IMG/VR virus record: IMGVR_UViG_3300031902_000015
Span: 1-44,308 of that record
Direction: 5' to 3' (one strand)
Length of the DNA stretch: 44,308 nt
Source: a virus
Taxonomy: Duplodnaviria > Caudoviricetes
Shown here: in pieces, positions 27,038-35,316 of the stretch
Numbering within the stretch: position 1 is the stretch's first letter
Layout of the letters: the number at the start of each line of letters is the position of its first letter
Translations under genes and position numbers: made by a program
The notes under the pieces: model-generated
Database searches by the model: none
What the model was told of the DNA's origin: nothing
What the model saw: only the letters and a program-made list of their open reading frames with translations

Positions 27038-28904
27038 CGCCCTCCTGCGCGTCGGACTTGCGGGCTGTGGCATCGAGCCCGTGCTTGCCCTTCAGGTAGC
27101 CCTCGATGTGCTTCGCCCCGACATCTTGCGTCCGGCCGTCGGTGTCGGTGAGCCGGTAGTTCGTGGAGCGTGTCGAGGGGTCATAGCCCAGCGGCTTCAT
27201 CGTCAGCCCACGCTCGGCCAGCGCATGGATCGCCGTGACGATATTGACCTTCGCGCGCGCGTTGAGGGGCCGCCCCTCCTTGGTCTTGAGCGGGCCGCCG
27301 CTGCCGTTGACGAACTGATTGCCGCGGAAGTCGTGGCCCCCGAGATCGCCCTTTTTGGCGTCGTCGGCAGCTTTCTTCGGCGGAACCTTATCCCCGGGCT
27401 TGGCAGCCCCGCCAGCAGCCGGGGGCTTTCCACCCGGGGGCGTAGCATCGCCCGGGGGAGCGCCTCCCTTGGGCGGCTCTCCGGGCTTGGGCGGCTCCCC
27501 GCCCGGACCCATCGGCGGCGCGGGCTCCCGCAGTCCCGGGGCCGTGCCGTCCGCGAACTTCTCGACCGGGACCGGGCCCGACCCCGTCCAGATCATGTGG
27601 CCAACCCCGATGGGCTCCTGCCCCTTGCGCTCCCGGACCTCGTCGACCGACAGCACGCCCAGCTCGATGTACGTCTTGTCGATCCCCGACTGCGCCTCGG
27701 CCGAGATCTCCGTCTGCACGTTCCAGCGGAACTGCAGATCCGCCTCGCCGAGCTGCACATTGATGATCGCCGTGAACTCATCGCGCAGGTAGTTCATGAG
27801 AGGCAGCAGCCCCTCGGCCACCGCGGTCTCCTGCTGCGTGCTCGCCGTTGCGCGATTCACCATGCGCAGGAACGGCATCGGCGACAGGCTGAACGCGTAG
27901 CACATGATCCGGATGAGCCACTCGTCGAAGTCGCCCTTGAGCGTGTCTTCCCCAGTGCGGATCGGCAGCACCTTGAGGTTGCCCGGCACGAACTTGGCGT
28001 GACGACGCGCGGCGCTGTTGCCCTCCAGCATCGCGTCCCAGTACGTCTGGAACTGCGCAATCTGCTCGGGCAGCCAATCCTCAGGCACCGAGATCAGGGC
28101 CTCAGGGATGTTGCCCTCGGTGAAGAACTGCAACTGCGACAGCTCGCGGCGCAGCCCGATGTTCACCGTCATCATGATCTGCTCGACCGGGCTCAGGCCG
28201 TACAGCCGGAAGCTCGCGGGATTCCTGATCCGGTACTGCAGCTCCTCGCGCGTGTACGTGCTCGCGGGCACGCCCTTCAGCACTTGCCGATACGCAGGCA
28301 GCGGTGGCTGTGGCGTGCGGCCACTGATGTCGATCAGGCGCGTGATCGTCGCGGCGTCGACCTGTTCGAGCGCGACCAGCTTCTTGCCCTTGTAGACCGG
28401 CCAGTGCGCGACCGCATCGAGCACGAACATATCTTCGAGGTAGGAGCGCAGCCAGCCGTGCCAGTTCAGCTCGGTCGACGGCTGCTTGAAGAACGCCGTG
28501 ACCGCGTCGATCTTGGCCTTGGTCGCGGCATCGGTCTTGCGCTGGTCGGCCTCGTCCTTGGGAACGATTGACCACTCGTAGCCGCAGATCTCGTCCTTGC
28601 GCGTCTCGATGATGAGGCGCAGCAGATCGTAATTGCCCGCGAGCCCGCGCAGCTCTTGGAACGTGACGCCCGTCTCGCGACGCGGCTGGATATAGAGGTT
28701 CTGCCCTGCCATGTAGTCGAAGGCGCGGCCCGCGGTTTCCTGATGCGTCGCAGGGATCGGGTCTTCAGGCCCGAACCAGCCACCCGAGAGCGCGTAGCTC
28801 ACGGCTTGGCCGAGTCGCTTGAACACGCCCGGACGGTCGGCGCTCGGCGGCAGTTTCATGGGAACGAGGTTTTGGCTCATGGCGTCTTTCCAGTCATTCC
28901 GCAC
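26976..28904 (-). CDS. Portal protein with a Pro-rich linker and a tagged C-terminal extension
   Basis: LRGLAGNYDLLRLIIETRKD, YGLSPVEQI, FFTEGNIP and GVLSVDEVRE..G.EPI. Confidence 0.92.
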   Translation of the reverse strand: MRNDWKDAMSQNLVPMKLPPSADRPGVFKRLGQAVSYALSGGWFGPEDPIPATHQETAGRAFDYMAGQNLYIQPRRETGVTFQELRGLAGNYDLLRLIIETRKDEICGYEWSIVPKDEADQRKTDAATKAKIDAVTAFFKQPSTELNWHGWLRSYLEDMFVLDAVAHWPVYKGKKLVALEQVDAATITRLIDISGRTPQPPLPAYRQVLKGVPASTYTREELQYRIRNPASFRLYGLSPVEQIMMTVNIGLRRELSQLQFFTEGNIPEALISVPEDWLPEQIAQFQTYWDAMLEGNSAARRHAKFVPGNLKVLPIRTGEDTLKGDFDEWLIRIMCYAFSLSPMPFLRMVNRATASTQQETAVAEGLLPLMNYLRDEFTAIINVQLGEADLQFRWNVQTEISAEAQSGIDKTYIELGVLSVDEVRERKGQEPIGVGHMIWTGSGPVPVEKFADGTAPGLREPAPPMGPGGEPPKPGEPPKGGAPPGDATPPGGKPPAAGGAAKPGDKVPPKKAADDAKKGDLGGHDFRGNQFVNGSGGPLKTKEGRPLNARAKVNIVTAIHALAERGLTMKPLGYDPSTRSTNYRLTDTDGRTQDVGAKHIEGYLKGKHGLDATARKSDAQEGDAGSMGPFHWPYKPTSAGWY

Positions 28905-29208
28905 GAACCGGCAGGATGCCAGCGAGCGTAAGGATCTTGCCCGATGTGGAGGTCGTCACCCTCACCTTGATGTCGTAGTCCGTCTGATCGAGCCCGCCCG
29001 TGACGCCGACCAGCACCTTCGTATTGGTGGCGTCAATGGATTTGGAGCCGGTCAGGACCGCCGCGGGCGTGGCATCAGTGCCGAAGGCGACGAGGCAGGT
29101 GACGGTCGCGACCGCGAGCAGCGTCTCCCCAACTGCGAGCCCAAGCGCGAAGTCGAAAGTGAGCACGACGCTCTCGGCCGGATCCTTGATGTCGAATCTT
29201 GTTGTCAT
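28894..29208 (-). CDS. Putative fibre adaptor / virion structural protein (104 aa)
   Basis: KDPAESVVLTFDF..GETL..VTGG..Y.I..TS pattern; beta-rich; located in the fibre cluster. Confidence 0.6.
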   Translation of the reverse strand: MTTRFDIKDPAESVVLTFDFALGLAVGETLLAVATVTCLVAFGTDATPAAVLTGSKSIDATNTKVLVGVTGGLDQTDYDIKVRVTTSTSGKILTLAGILPVRAE

Positions 29209-29396
29209 CACGTCATCCGTCTGGTGAAGGCCCGCGCCTTGGCGGCGACCGAGAACAGCCGAACCTTGGCCGCGACCGTGAAATCCCTCGCCATCAGCGT
29301 CAACACGTAGCGGGCATCCGTGACGAGACGGATCGAGCCATCCCACAAATAGAAACGACTGCCGAACGAAACGCTGGTCTGCGAAAAATTCCACAT
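29208..29396 (-). CDS. Hypothetical protein (62 aa)
   Basis: Fills the operon gap; TGATG stop/start coupling with the next gene. Confidence 0.5.
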   Translation of the reverse strand: MWNFSQTSVSFGSRFYLWDGSIRLVTDARYVLTLMARDFTVAAKVRLFSVAAKARAFTRRMT

Positions 29397-29402
29397 GACG
29401 CG

Positions 29403-29537
29403 TTAGACCTTCTTGATGCCTTCGGCGACGGCGGCAAGCGCCGCGTCGATCTTCGTTGCGTTCTTGCGGAACACTAGCGCGCCAGCAACGAAGCCGACGA
29501 TGAGGCCAACTACCAAACCGTAAATCATATCTTCCAT
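29403..29537 (-). CDS. Small single-pass membrane protein (44 aa)
   Basis: AGGAGG RBS; MEDMIYGLVVGLIVGFVAGALVFRKN...; below the ORF-track length cutoff. Confidence 0.7.
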   Translation of the reverse strand: MEDMIYGLVVGLIVGFVAGALVFRKNATKIDAALAAVAEGIKKV

Positions 29538-29538
29538 T

Positions 29539-29910
29539 TCAATCCCTCCTGAATGGGCGAAAGCGAAGTTCCACATACCCGATGTGCGACCAATCGAGCT
29601 TGTCGTAGCTATGACCCGGCACCGGGAACATCGCCTGATAGCGATAGCCGATGTCGCACTCGACCCGCTCCGTTACATCGAACGACAGCCCGACGCCTAA
29701 GTGATAGCGCGGCTCAAGATGCCCGGTCGTCGCGTAGCCATCTTTCGGGTCCGGGCTGTAGTCGAGATTGCCGCCGCCCGACAGGTAGATCGCGCCGAGC
29801 AGGTTGTCCCAGATCGACGCCTCGGATGCCGCTGCGCGGCCGACGGTGCAAAAGAGCAGGCAGCCGAGCAGGAATCCGATCACACCGATGATCGCCTGCC
29901 TGCGGAGCAT
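29539..29910 (-). CDS. Secreted outer-membrane beta-strand protein (Lom/OmpA-like pattern)
   Basis: Signal peptide ending GRAAA; YHLGVGLSFDV..DIGYRY..YVELRFRPF. Confidence 0.55.
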   Translation of the reverse strand: MLRRQAIIGVIGFLLGCLLFCTVGRAAASEASIWDNLLGAIYLSGGGNLDYSPDPKDGYATTGHLEPRYHLGVGLSFDVTERVECDIGYRYQAMFPVPGHSYDKLDWSHIGYVELRFRPFRRD

Positions 29911-29911
29911 G

Positions 29912-30229
29912 TCAGCCCCAAGCCGGGGCGCGGGTCACGATGGGCGGGTTCGCCTGCCGCACGATGTCGGCGGCGAGATAGTCGATCACGGTCTGGTCTG
30001 TCCCGTGATCCGGTATCCACGCCAGCACCGCCGCCTCGGTCAGCGCATCGAACGCAGTGAAGCTCGCCGGGTCGGGCGGGCTTACCGTGTCCTCGAAAGT
30101 CTGCTGCGCCGAGTACGTGCCGTCAGTCACGACGACTTGCGAGCGCACGACGCTGACGATGTTCGTCAGCCCGTCCGCCGCTGGCACGGTGTCGAGCGCG
30201 ACGATCTTGAATGTGGTCGCGTTTGTCAT
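29912..30229 (-). CDS. Fibre-associated protein
   Basis: FTAFDALTEAAVLAWI...PAW motif, common downstream of phage fibre genes. Confidence 0.65.
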   Translation of the reverse strand: MTNATTFKIVALDTVPAADGLTNIVSVVRSQVVVTDGTYSAQQTFEDTVSPPDPASFTAFDALTEAAVLAWIPDHGTDQTVIDYLAADIVRQANPPIVTRAPAWG

Positions 30230-30414
30230 GCGGCCTCCGCGAGCAGTACGGGCGGCTCGACCGCCTGCGCGTCTGCGTCGGCCTTCGCCGCCGTCGCGAT
30301 GATCTTGGCAAGATGCACGGCCGCTTCCGCCGCCTGCATCCCTGCCGCTTTCACGGCGAGGTCGATCAGGTTGAGCAGGACCGCCGCTTCGTTCTGGTTG
30401 AGTTCAATTTTCAC
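30226..30414 (-). CDS. Small helical fibre-associated protein (62 aa)
   Basis: GTG start with AGAGG; KIELNQNEAAVLLNLIDLAVKAAG. Confidence 0.65.
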   Translation of the reverse strand: MKIELNQNEAAVLLNLIDLAVKAAGMQAAEAAVHLAKIIATAAKADADAQAVEPPVLLAEAA

Positions 30415-30439
30415 AATCTCTGTCCTCTGTTGGTGAAGG

Positions 30440-33124
30440 TCAGCCGATACGCCATGCCGTGCCGTCGGAATAGACCGGCACGAAGTTCGCGCCGCCTGCT
30501 GCGACGACCGCGCCGATGCCTGCTGTGTGCGTTGCGTTGGAGTCGGTGACATAGCACTCCGCCCCGGCCCCTGCCGTCGCTGCGGCAATAAGCCCCGCGA
30601 CCGTCGTCGAATATTTCTTGACCGGGCCTGCGGTGAAATCCGCTGCGAGCGCACCGGCCGCCGCTGCCACCCCGAGTGCGGTGCTGCTCGTCGGCGCGGC
30701 GATGGCGACGTTGCCCGCCGCACCGATAGTCAGGCGGGTAAGGTTGTTTGATACAAGAGCTAGAGCCGCGTTCGCTTGGGCGCCAAAGATAACGCCACCG
30801 CTGGCGCCGTTGATTTGCCAGTAGCTTGAGGACGCGCCAGCCTGCACGAAGAACTGCGTGTTGCCGGTTCCGTTGTTCTTGAAACTATAATTTAGGTAAC
30901 TGTCGGTATTGCCGTAGGCCGCCAGCCCCCATGATTGCGCACCGGTGACGGTGGCCGCTGTGAAGGTTGCACCGCTGGTCGAGTTAATCGAGAGCGCGGT
31001 TGCGAGCGCGTTCTGCGTAGAGCCAGTGAGTCCGGCCGGCGCGACTTGGAAGATGATCGACCCGCCCGCGCCGGTGCCAGTGCCCCGCGAGCCTTGGATC
31101 GTGAGCGCCGCGCCTGCGGTGTCGGTCGTGCCTGCGACGACGGACTGCACGCCGAGCGTCTGCGCGACGGGGGCGGCGGCGTCGGGTGCGCCTAACTGTA
31201 GTGACGCATTCGCCTTGACGAAGAACCGGACCGCACTCGTCTGCGTGCTGTTCGCGAACGTGATGTCGCCGTCCGCTTGACTAAGAATTCCGCTGCGGCC
31301 GGTGTAGGAATAGTAAGCCGACGCCGGAATAATGACCACGCCGCTCTTGCCGACTTTGAATTGACTGACGCCGCCGATTTGCAAGTCGATCAGGTTGGAC
31401 ACGCCAGCCGAAAGCGTGTCGGTGACGTTCAGCTTAAAGCCGGTGAACGTGACGCCCGAGCCGTTCCACGTCTGCGTCGCGCTGATGACCGGCTGGTTAG
31501 TCGTCTGCGTCGCGCCGGTCAGCGTCAGCGCGGAGCCGCCGACGGCTTCATTGACCAGTAGCGCCGAGCCGCTGGTCGGCGCAGCAATCGTGATGTTGCC
31601 TGCGGCGGCTATCGCCAGTCGCACCGTGCCTGCCGCCTGAAGGTAGAACGGATGTGCGCTAGTGGTCCCGGTCTTCGACCACGCGGTGCCCGTATAGGTC
31701 ATGCACTGAACCGTGCCTGCCGTCATCGAGACGCTAACGGCACCGGCACCGGAGTTTGTGATGCTGTGGTTCATGCTGCCGTCGGTGCTACCCGAGGCAG
31801 TGAAGACCGTCGGATTCGTACCGGTGCCAGTGCCCGCACCAATCGCGATACCGCCAGAACCGAACAGGGGATTGACCGTTAGCGCGACGCCGCTCGTCGG
31901 CGCGGCGATGGTGACATTGCCCGCCGCGGCCACAGTCAGCGCGGCGCCGCCGCCCGACTGGTTGACGAGGAGTGCGTTTCTGCCGGCGGCAGACTGCACG
32001 AGGAGCGAGTCCGCCCCCGTAACGGCAGAGATGACGACGCCGAGCGCATCCACCGTCAGCCGCGTGACAAAAGCGTTTTGCGCGGAACCCGTCGTGCTCG
32101 CGGGGGCGACCTTGAAAAGAATCCCGCCGGCCGCGCCCGTGCCCGTACCGGCCGAGCCGCGAATGATGAAGTTCGCGCCGCCGCTGTCGGTCGTGCCTGC
32201 GACGACGCACTGCACGCCGAGCGTCTGCACGACGGGGACGGCGGCGTCGGCGTTGCCGAGGCGCAATGATGCGGCGGCGGCGCGGCCGATGAATACGTCC
32301 GGAGAAGCGATAGACGGACCAATCGCAAAGCCGGTTAGCGCGTTGACTGACCCGGCAGTCGCCCAGACCTGTAGCCCGGCGTATGCCGCAGCCTGCGCGT
32401 GCGCCAGCGTGTCGTATTGCCCGAGCCATATCCCGCCGACGTACTGACCGGCAGCCATGCCATTTTTGCCGACGTTGAACTTGCTGACCCCGCCGACCTG
32501 TAGGTCGAGCAGCAACGACGTCGCCGCGCTCGCCGTGTCCGTGACGTTGAGCTTCAGCCCCGTGAACGCCACCGCGCCCGCGTTCCACGTCTGCGAGGCG
32601 TTGATGACCGGCGTCGAGACGGTCTGGGTCGCGCCCGTGAGCGTCAGCGCGGAGCCACCGACGGCTTCGGTTATCGTCAGGCTGCTGGCCGTGACCGACG
32701 TGAACGTGCCCGCCGCAGGCGTCGTGCTGCCGATGGCGGGAGGCGAGGCGAAGGCGGCTGTCGTGATGTACGCGCTGGGGTTCGTCGCGTTGTACGGCGT
32801 GAAGCCGAGCGCCGTCGTGATCTGCGCCGACAGCAGCGTGCCGCCGTACGAGGTCGAGAGCGAGGCGGCGCTGCCGCCGATGCTGAGGGCCGCAGCCGTG
32901 CCCGTCAGCCCAGTGCCCGGCCCCGCGAACTGCGTCGTCGCTGTGATCGTCGTGCCAGCGAGCGTGTTCGGCGTGACCGCACCGATGGCTGGCGGCGATC
33001 CGAACTCAAGCACGATGGCGGCGATGGCCGCATACAGTTCAGTGAAGTTGGCATTGATCTTGTCGGCGCCGCCGGGGGCATCGTCTGGTGTCGCGCCGGA
33101 GTTAATGAGCGGTTGCATGGTCAC
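30440..33124 (-). CDS. Long fibre protein with an internal duplication (start 33124 or 33118)
   Basis: N-terminal INSGATPDD..DKINANFTELY anchor motif; Gly/Ala/Thr-rich repeats; C-terminal VYSDGTAWRIG. Confidence 0.8.
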   Translation of the reverse strand: MTMQPLINSGATPDDAPGGADKINANFTELYAAIAAIVLEFGSPPAIGAVTPNTLAGTTITATTQFAGPGTGLTGTAAALSIGGSAASLSTSYGGTLLSAQITTALGFTPYNATNPSAYITTAAFASPPAIGSTTPAAGTFTSVTASSLTITEAVGGSALTLTGATQTVSTPVINASQTWNAGAVAFTGLKLNVTDTASAATSLLLDLQVGGVSKFNVGKNGMAAGQYVGGIWLGQYDTLAHAQAAAYAGLQVWATAGSVNALTGFAIGPSIASPDVFIGRAAAASLRLGNADAAVPVVQTLGVQCVVAGTTDSGGANFIIRGSAGTGTGAAGGILFKVAPASTTGSAQNAFVTRLTVDALGVVISAVTGADSLLVQSAAGRNALLVNQSGGGAALTVAAAGNVTIAAPTSGVALTVNPLFGSGGIAIGAGTGTGTNPTVFTASGSTDGSMNHSITNSGAGAVSVSMTAGTVQCMTYTGTAWSKTGTTSAHPFYLQAAGTVRLAIAAAGNITIAAPTSGSALLVNEAVGGSALTLTGATQTTNQPVISATQTWNGSGVTFTGFKLNVTDTLSAGVSNLIDLQIGGVSQFKVGKSGVVIIPASAYYSYTGRSGILSQADGDITFANSTQTSAVRFFVKANASLQLGAPDAAAPVAQTLGVQSVVAGTTDTAGAALTIQGSRGTGTGAGGSIIFQVAPAGLTGSTQNALATALSINSTSGATFTAATVTGAQSWGLAAYGNTDSYLNYSFKNNGTGNTQFFVQAGASSSYWQINGASGGVIFGAQANAALALVSNNLTRLTIGAAGNVAIAAPTSSTALGVAAAAGALAADFTAGPVKKYSTTVAGLIAAATAGAGAECYVTDSNATHTAGIGAVVAAGGANFVPVYSDGTAWRIG

Positions 33125-33293
33125 GCGGTCTATCTCCGGAAAAGCCAGTGCGGCAGCACGCGGTAATTCTGGGAGGGATGCACGCGAGTCAGGCAAATAC
33201 TCGCGCGCTCGAATCGACTGCCAGACGAGGGTGACGGCGCACGAGCGAACGTGCCGATGGCGTCACGCTTGCATGGATGTACTACCAATGCGG

Positions 33294-34643
33294 TCAGCCG
33301 TCCTTCCCGACGTGCCAATCGAGGGGCGTTTTGACTGTGCCCTTGCCGACCAGCGCCATCATCTTGGCCTTGTCCTCGGCAGCCTTGTCCTTGCTGAGCG
33401 TCGCGTAGTAATCGAGCATCCCAGTCGTGCCGCGCTTGATGAGCGGCGCAAGCGCATAGCGGATCGCGTCGATGATGTGGTTGTGGCGGTCGATCACTTC
33501 GGGGAGCACGTCGCCCGTCATGCGGTCCGTCTTGTACGCGTAGAGCCGCGCCTCTTGCGCTGCGTAGGTGCAGCGCGGGTGGATCACGATCCGCTTGTAC
33601 TGGCGCAGGTAGGCGATGCCGTCCTCTACGCTGCCCGACCACTTATCCGCCGCCATCATTCGCGGGTAGCCGTGCGCTTGCAGGTAGGAGATCGTCTCGG
33701 GCCGGGAGTTGTCGCCGCGCATGACGTACGCGCGCGCGCCCGGGAGGCACCGATCAAAGAGCGCCGCCGTCTTGTCGATGTCGCAGCCAATCGAATACGC
33801 CTCGTGCTCGATGTGCAGATCACCATCGTGCAGCCACAGCTTCACGCCCGCGGTTGGGTCCTGCGCGAAGCCCCAGTCGGCGCCGAAGTACGGGCCATCC
33901 CAGCCATCGCCGCCGCCCTCGAAATACTCGACCACCCACTTGCCCCTGAGCACTTGCGAGTCGCTCATCGCGCGGGTCTCGCCACCCCAGACCCATGCCG
34001 CGGCATCGGGATCGACGCGGTAGAGATGCTCCATCTCGGCGCGCAGCTCTTTCGTGAACCACGGGTTATCTGACCACGAGACCTTTTGCACGACGGCCCC
34101 GGGCATGGGCTTCAGCACGAAGCGCCGATATGTCGGGTCTGTTTCCTGATCGGGGTTGAACGAGATCCAGATCTCGGAGCGCGAGGCTCGAACGGTCGGA
34201 ACGAGCACGGCCCACGATTCTTCAGAGACGCGCTGCGCTTCTTCCACCCAGCAGATGTCGATGCCTTCCATCGACTTGACTTCAGTGATGTTGGTGCGGA
34301 TCCCCGAGAAGATAAACTCGGATCCTGTCACGCGGCTCGTGATCGCCGTGTTCGTGATGTCGTACCACTGCGCGAGGCCAAGCGCATTGATCTGATCGCC
34401 GATGAGCTTGTGTACGGATTCCTTGATCGACTTCTGCAGCTCGCGAGCGCACAAGACGCGCAGCTTCTTCCGGTGCGTCAACGCGATCAGTGCGCGCGCG
34501 AATGCCCATGACTTGGCGCCGCCGCGCCCGCCGTAGAAGACCTTGTAGCGCGCCGGTTTGAATAACGCCGCGAACGCGGGCGGTATATCAATCCGCGTCT
34601 GTGGCTGGGGCGGTCGGCTCTGCAGTCGTCGGGAAGTGGACAT
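33294..34643 (-). CDS. terL: Terminase large subunit (PBSX-like)
   Basis: Walker A YGGRGGAKS, Walker B CWVEEA, nuclease GADWGF..DP and NHIIDAIRYA. Confidence 0.95.
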   Translation of the reverse strand: MSTSRRLQSRPPQPQTRIDIPPAFAALFKPARYKVFYGGRGGAKSWAFARALIALTHRKKLRVLCARELQKSIKESVHKLIGDQINALGLAQWYDITNTAITSRVTGSEFIFSGIRTNITEVKSMEGIDICWVEEAQRVSEESWAVLVPTVRASRSEIWISFNPDQETDPTYRRFVLKPMPGAVVQKVSWSDNPWFTKELRAEMEHLYRVDPDAAAWVWGGETRAMSDSQVLRGKWVVEYFEGGGDGWDGPYFGADWGFAQDPTAGVKLWLHDGDLHIEHEAYSIGCDIDKTAALFDRCLPGARAYVMRGDNSRPETISYLQAHGYPRMMAADKWSGSVEDGIAYLRQYKRIVIHPRCTYAAQEARLYAYKTDRMTGDVLPEVIDRHNHIIDAIRYALAPLIKRGTTGMLDYYATLSKDKAAEDKAKMMALVGKGTVKTPLDWHVGKDG

Positions 34644-35037
34644 GGATTTCCGGTGGTGCCGCATTGCCCTGTGGATCGGTCATCGCGGTCTTGGACGGCG
34701 CATCGAGTCCGAGCAGGGAGGCCCTGCGATCCATGATCTTGAGCAGCGTGGCCGCGGCGCCGGGTACGTTCTTCTGCTTCCACAGTGCGAGCGTCATGGC
34801 ATCGAGGCGTTCAAGCTCCATCGTGCGGACCGCGTCGACGTTCTTCGCCAGATGCTGCCCGCGCTCTTCCATTGCTTGGCAGATCATCTGGTGCGCGGAC
34901 TGCTTCGTCATGTTCATCTTCTTGCCGATCTCGACGAACGTCTCGCCGCTCATCCTGAGCGCGATGGCTTTCTCGATCTGCGCCACGCGCGCGAACGTCT
35001 TCGGATGCGCAAGCTGTTTGTTCGGGCGAGTGCCCAC
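34588..35037 (-). CDS. terS: Terminase small subunit (HTH)
   Basis: ALRMSGETFVEIGKKM HTH; ELERLD..IMDRRASLLGLDAP; directly upstream of terL. Confidence 0.8.
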   Translation of the reverse strand: MGTRPNKQLAHPKTFARVAQIEKAIALRMSGETFVEIGKKMNMTKQSAHQMICQAMEERGQHLAKNVDAVRTMELERLDAMTLALWKQKNVPGAAATLLKIMDRRASLLGLDAPSKTAMTDPQGNAAPPEIHVHFPTTAEPTAPATDAD

Positions 35038-35103
35038 GGCTGATACCTCATGCCTCGATGGAACAAGCCTAGACCGACTATCGACGACGCTAGGAATTTC
35101 GGG

Positions 35104-35316
35104 TCAGTCCGCCCATGAGGTCAGGCATGGGTCGTAGGCTTCGATTTCTGCGGGCAATTCGCGCTCGGACTCTGCAGCGCGGAACGTGGCGTGAGCGGTC
35201 TGGCCCATGAGCACGGCGATCTGCTTCTTGAGTTCGGCGCAGAGGAGTTTCTGGCGCTTCACGAGTTCCTTGTGCGAGCGCCTGCCGTGATAGGGCCCGA
35301 CGTTTCTGCCGATCAT
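35104..35316 (-). CDS. Hypothetical protein (70 aa)
   Basis: GAGGAGG RBS; ATGA overlap with the RuvC-like gene. Confidence 0.6.
   Translation of the reverse strand: MIGRNVGPYHGRRSHKELVKRQKLLCAELKKQIAVLMGQTAHATFRAAESERELPAEIEAYDPCLTSWAD

Larger units (their letters stand above)
18519..27353 (-). repeat. 14 dispersed 42-nt coding repeats encoding KGD(L/V)xGHxF(H/R)GNQ(W/Y/F)
   Basis: Lower coordinates of copies: 18519, 19029, 20049, 20680, 20899, 21364, 21847, 23466, 24327, 24900, 25542, 26300, 26921, 27312. Confidence 0.95.

Noticed and set aside
18519-27353. 42-nt repeats as a CRISPR array or DNA-level recombination sites
   Set aside because: Spacing is irregular (about 0.2-1.6 kb), all copies are in frame, variation is mostly synonymous, and there are no cas or recombinase genes nearby
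16434-28904. One giant portal-to-MuF polyprotein made by uniform programmed frameshifting
   Set aside because: Junction shifts are mixed (+1, -1, -1, +1) and each ORF has a plausible overlapping start; translational coupling is simpler, though assembly errors cannot be excluded
33231-33266. Interrupted hairpin between terL and the fibre gene as an ncRNA
   Set aside because: Short GC-rich stems only, with no U-tract or recognisable family
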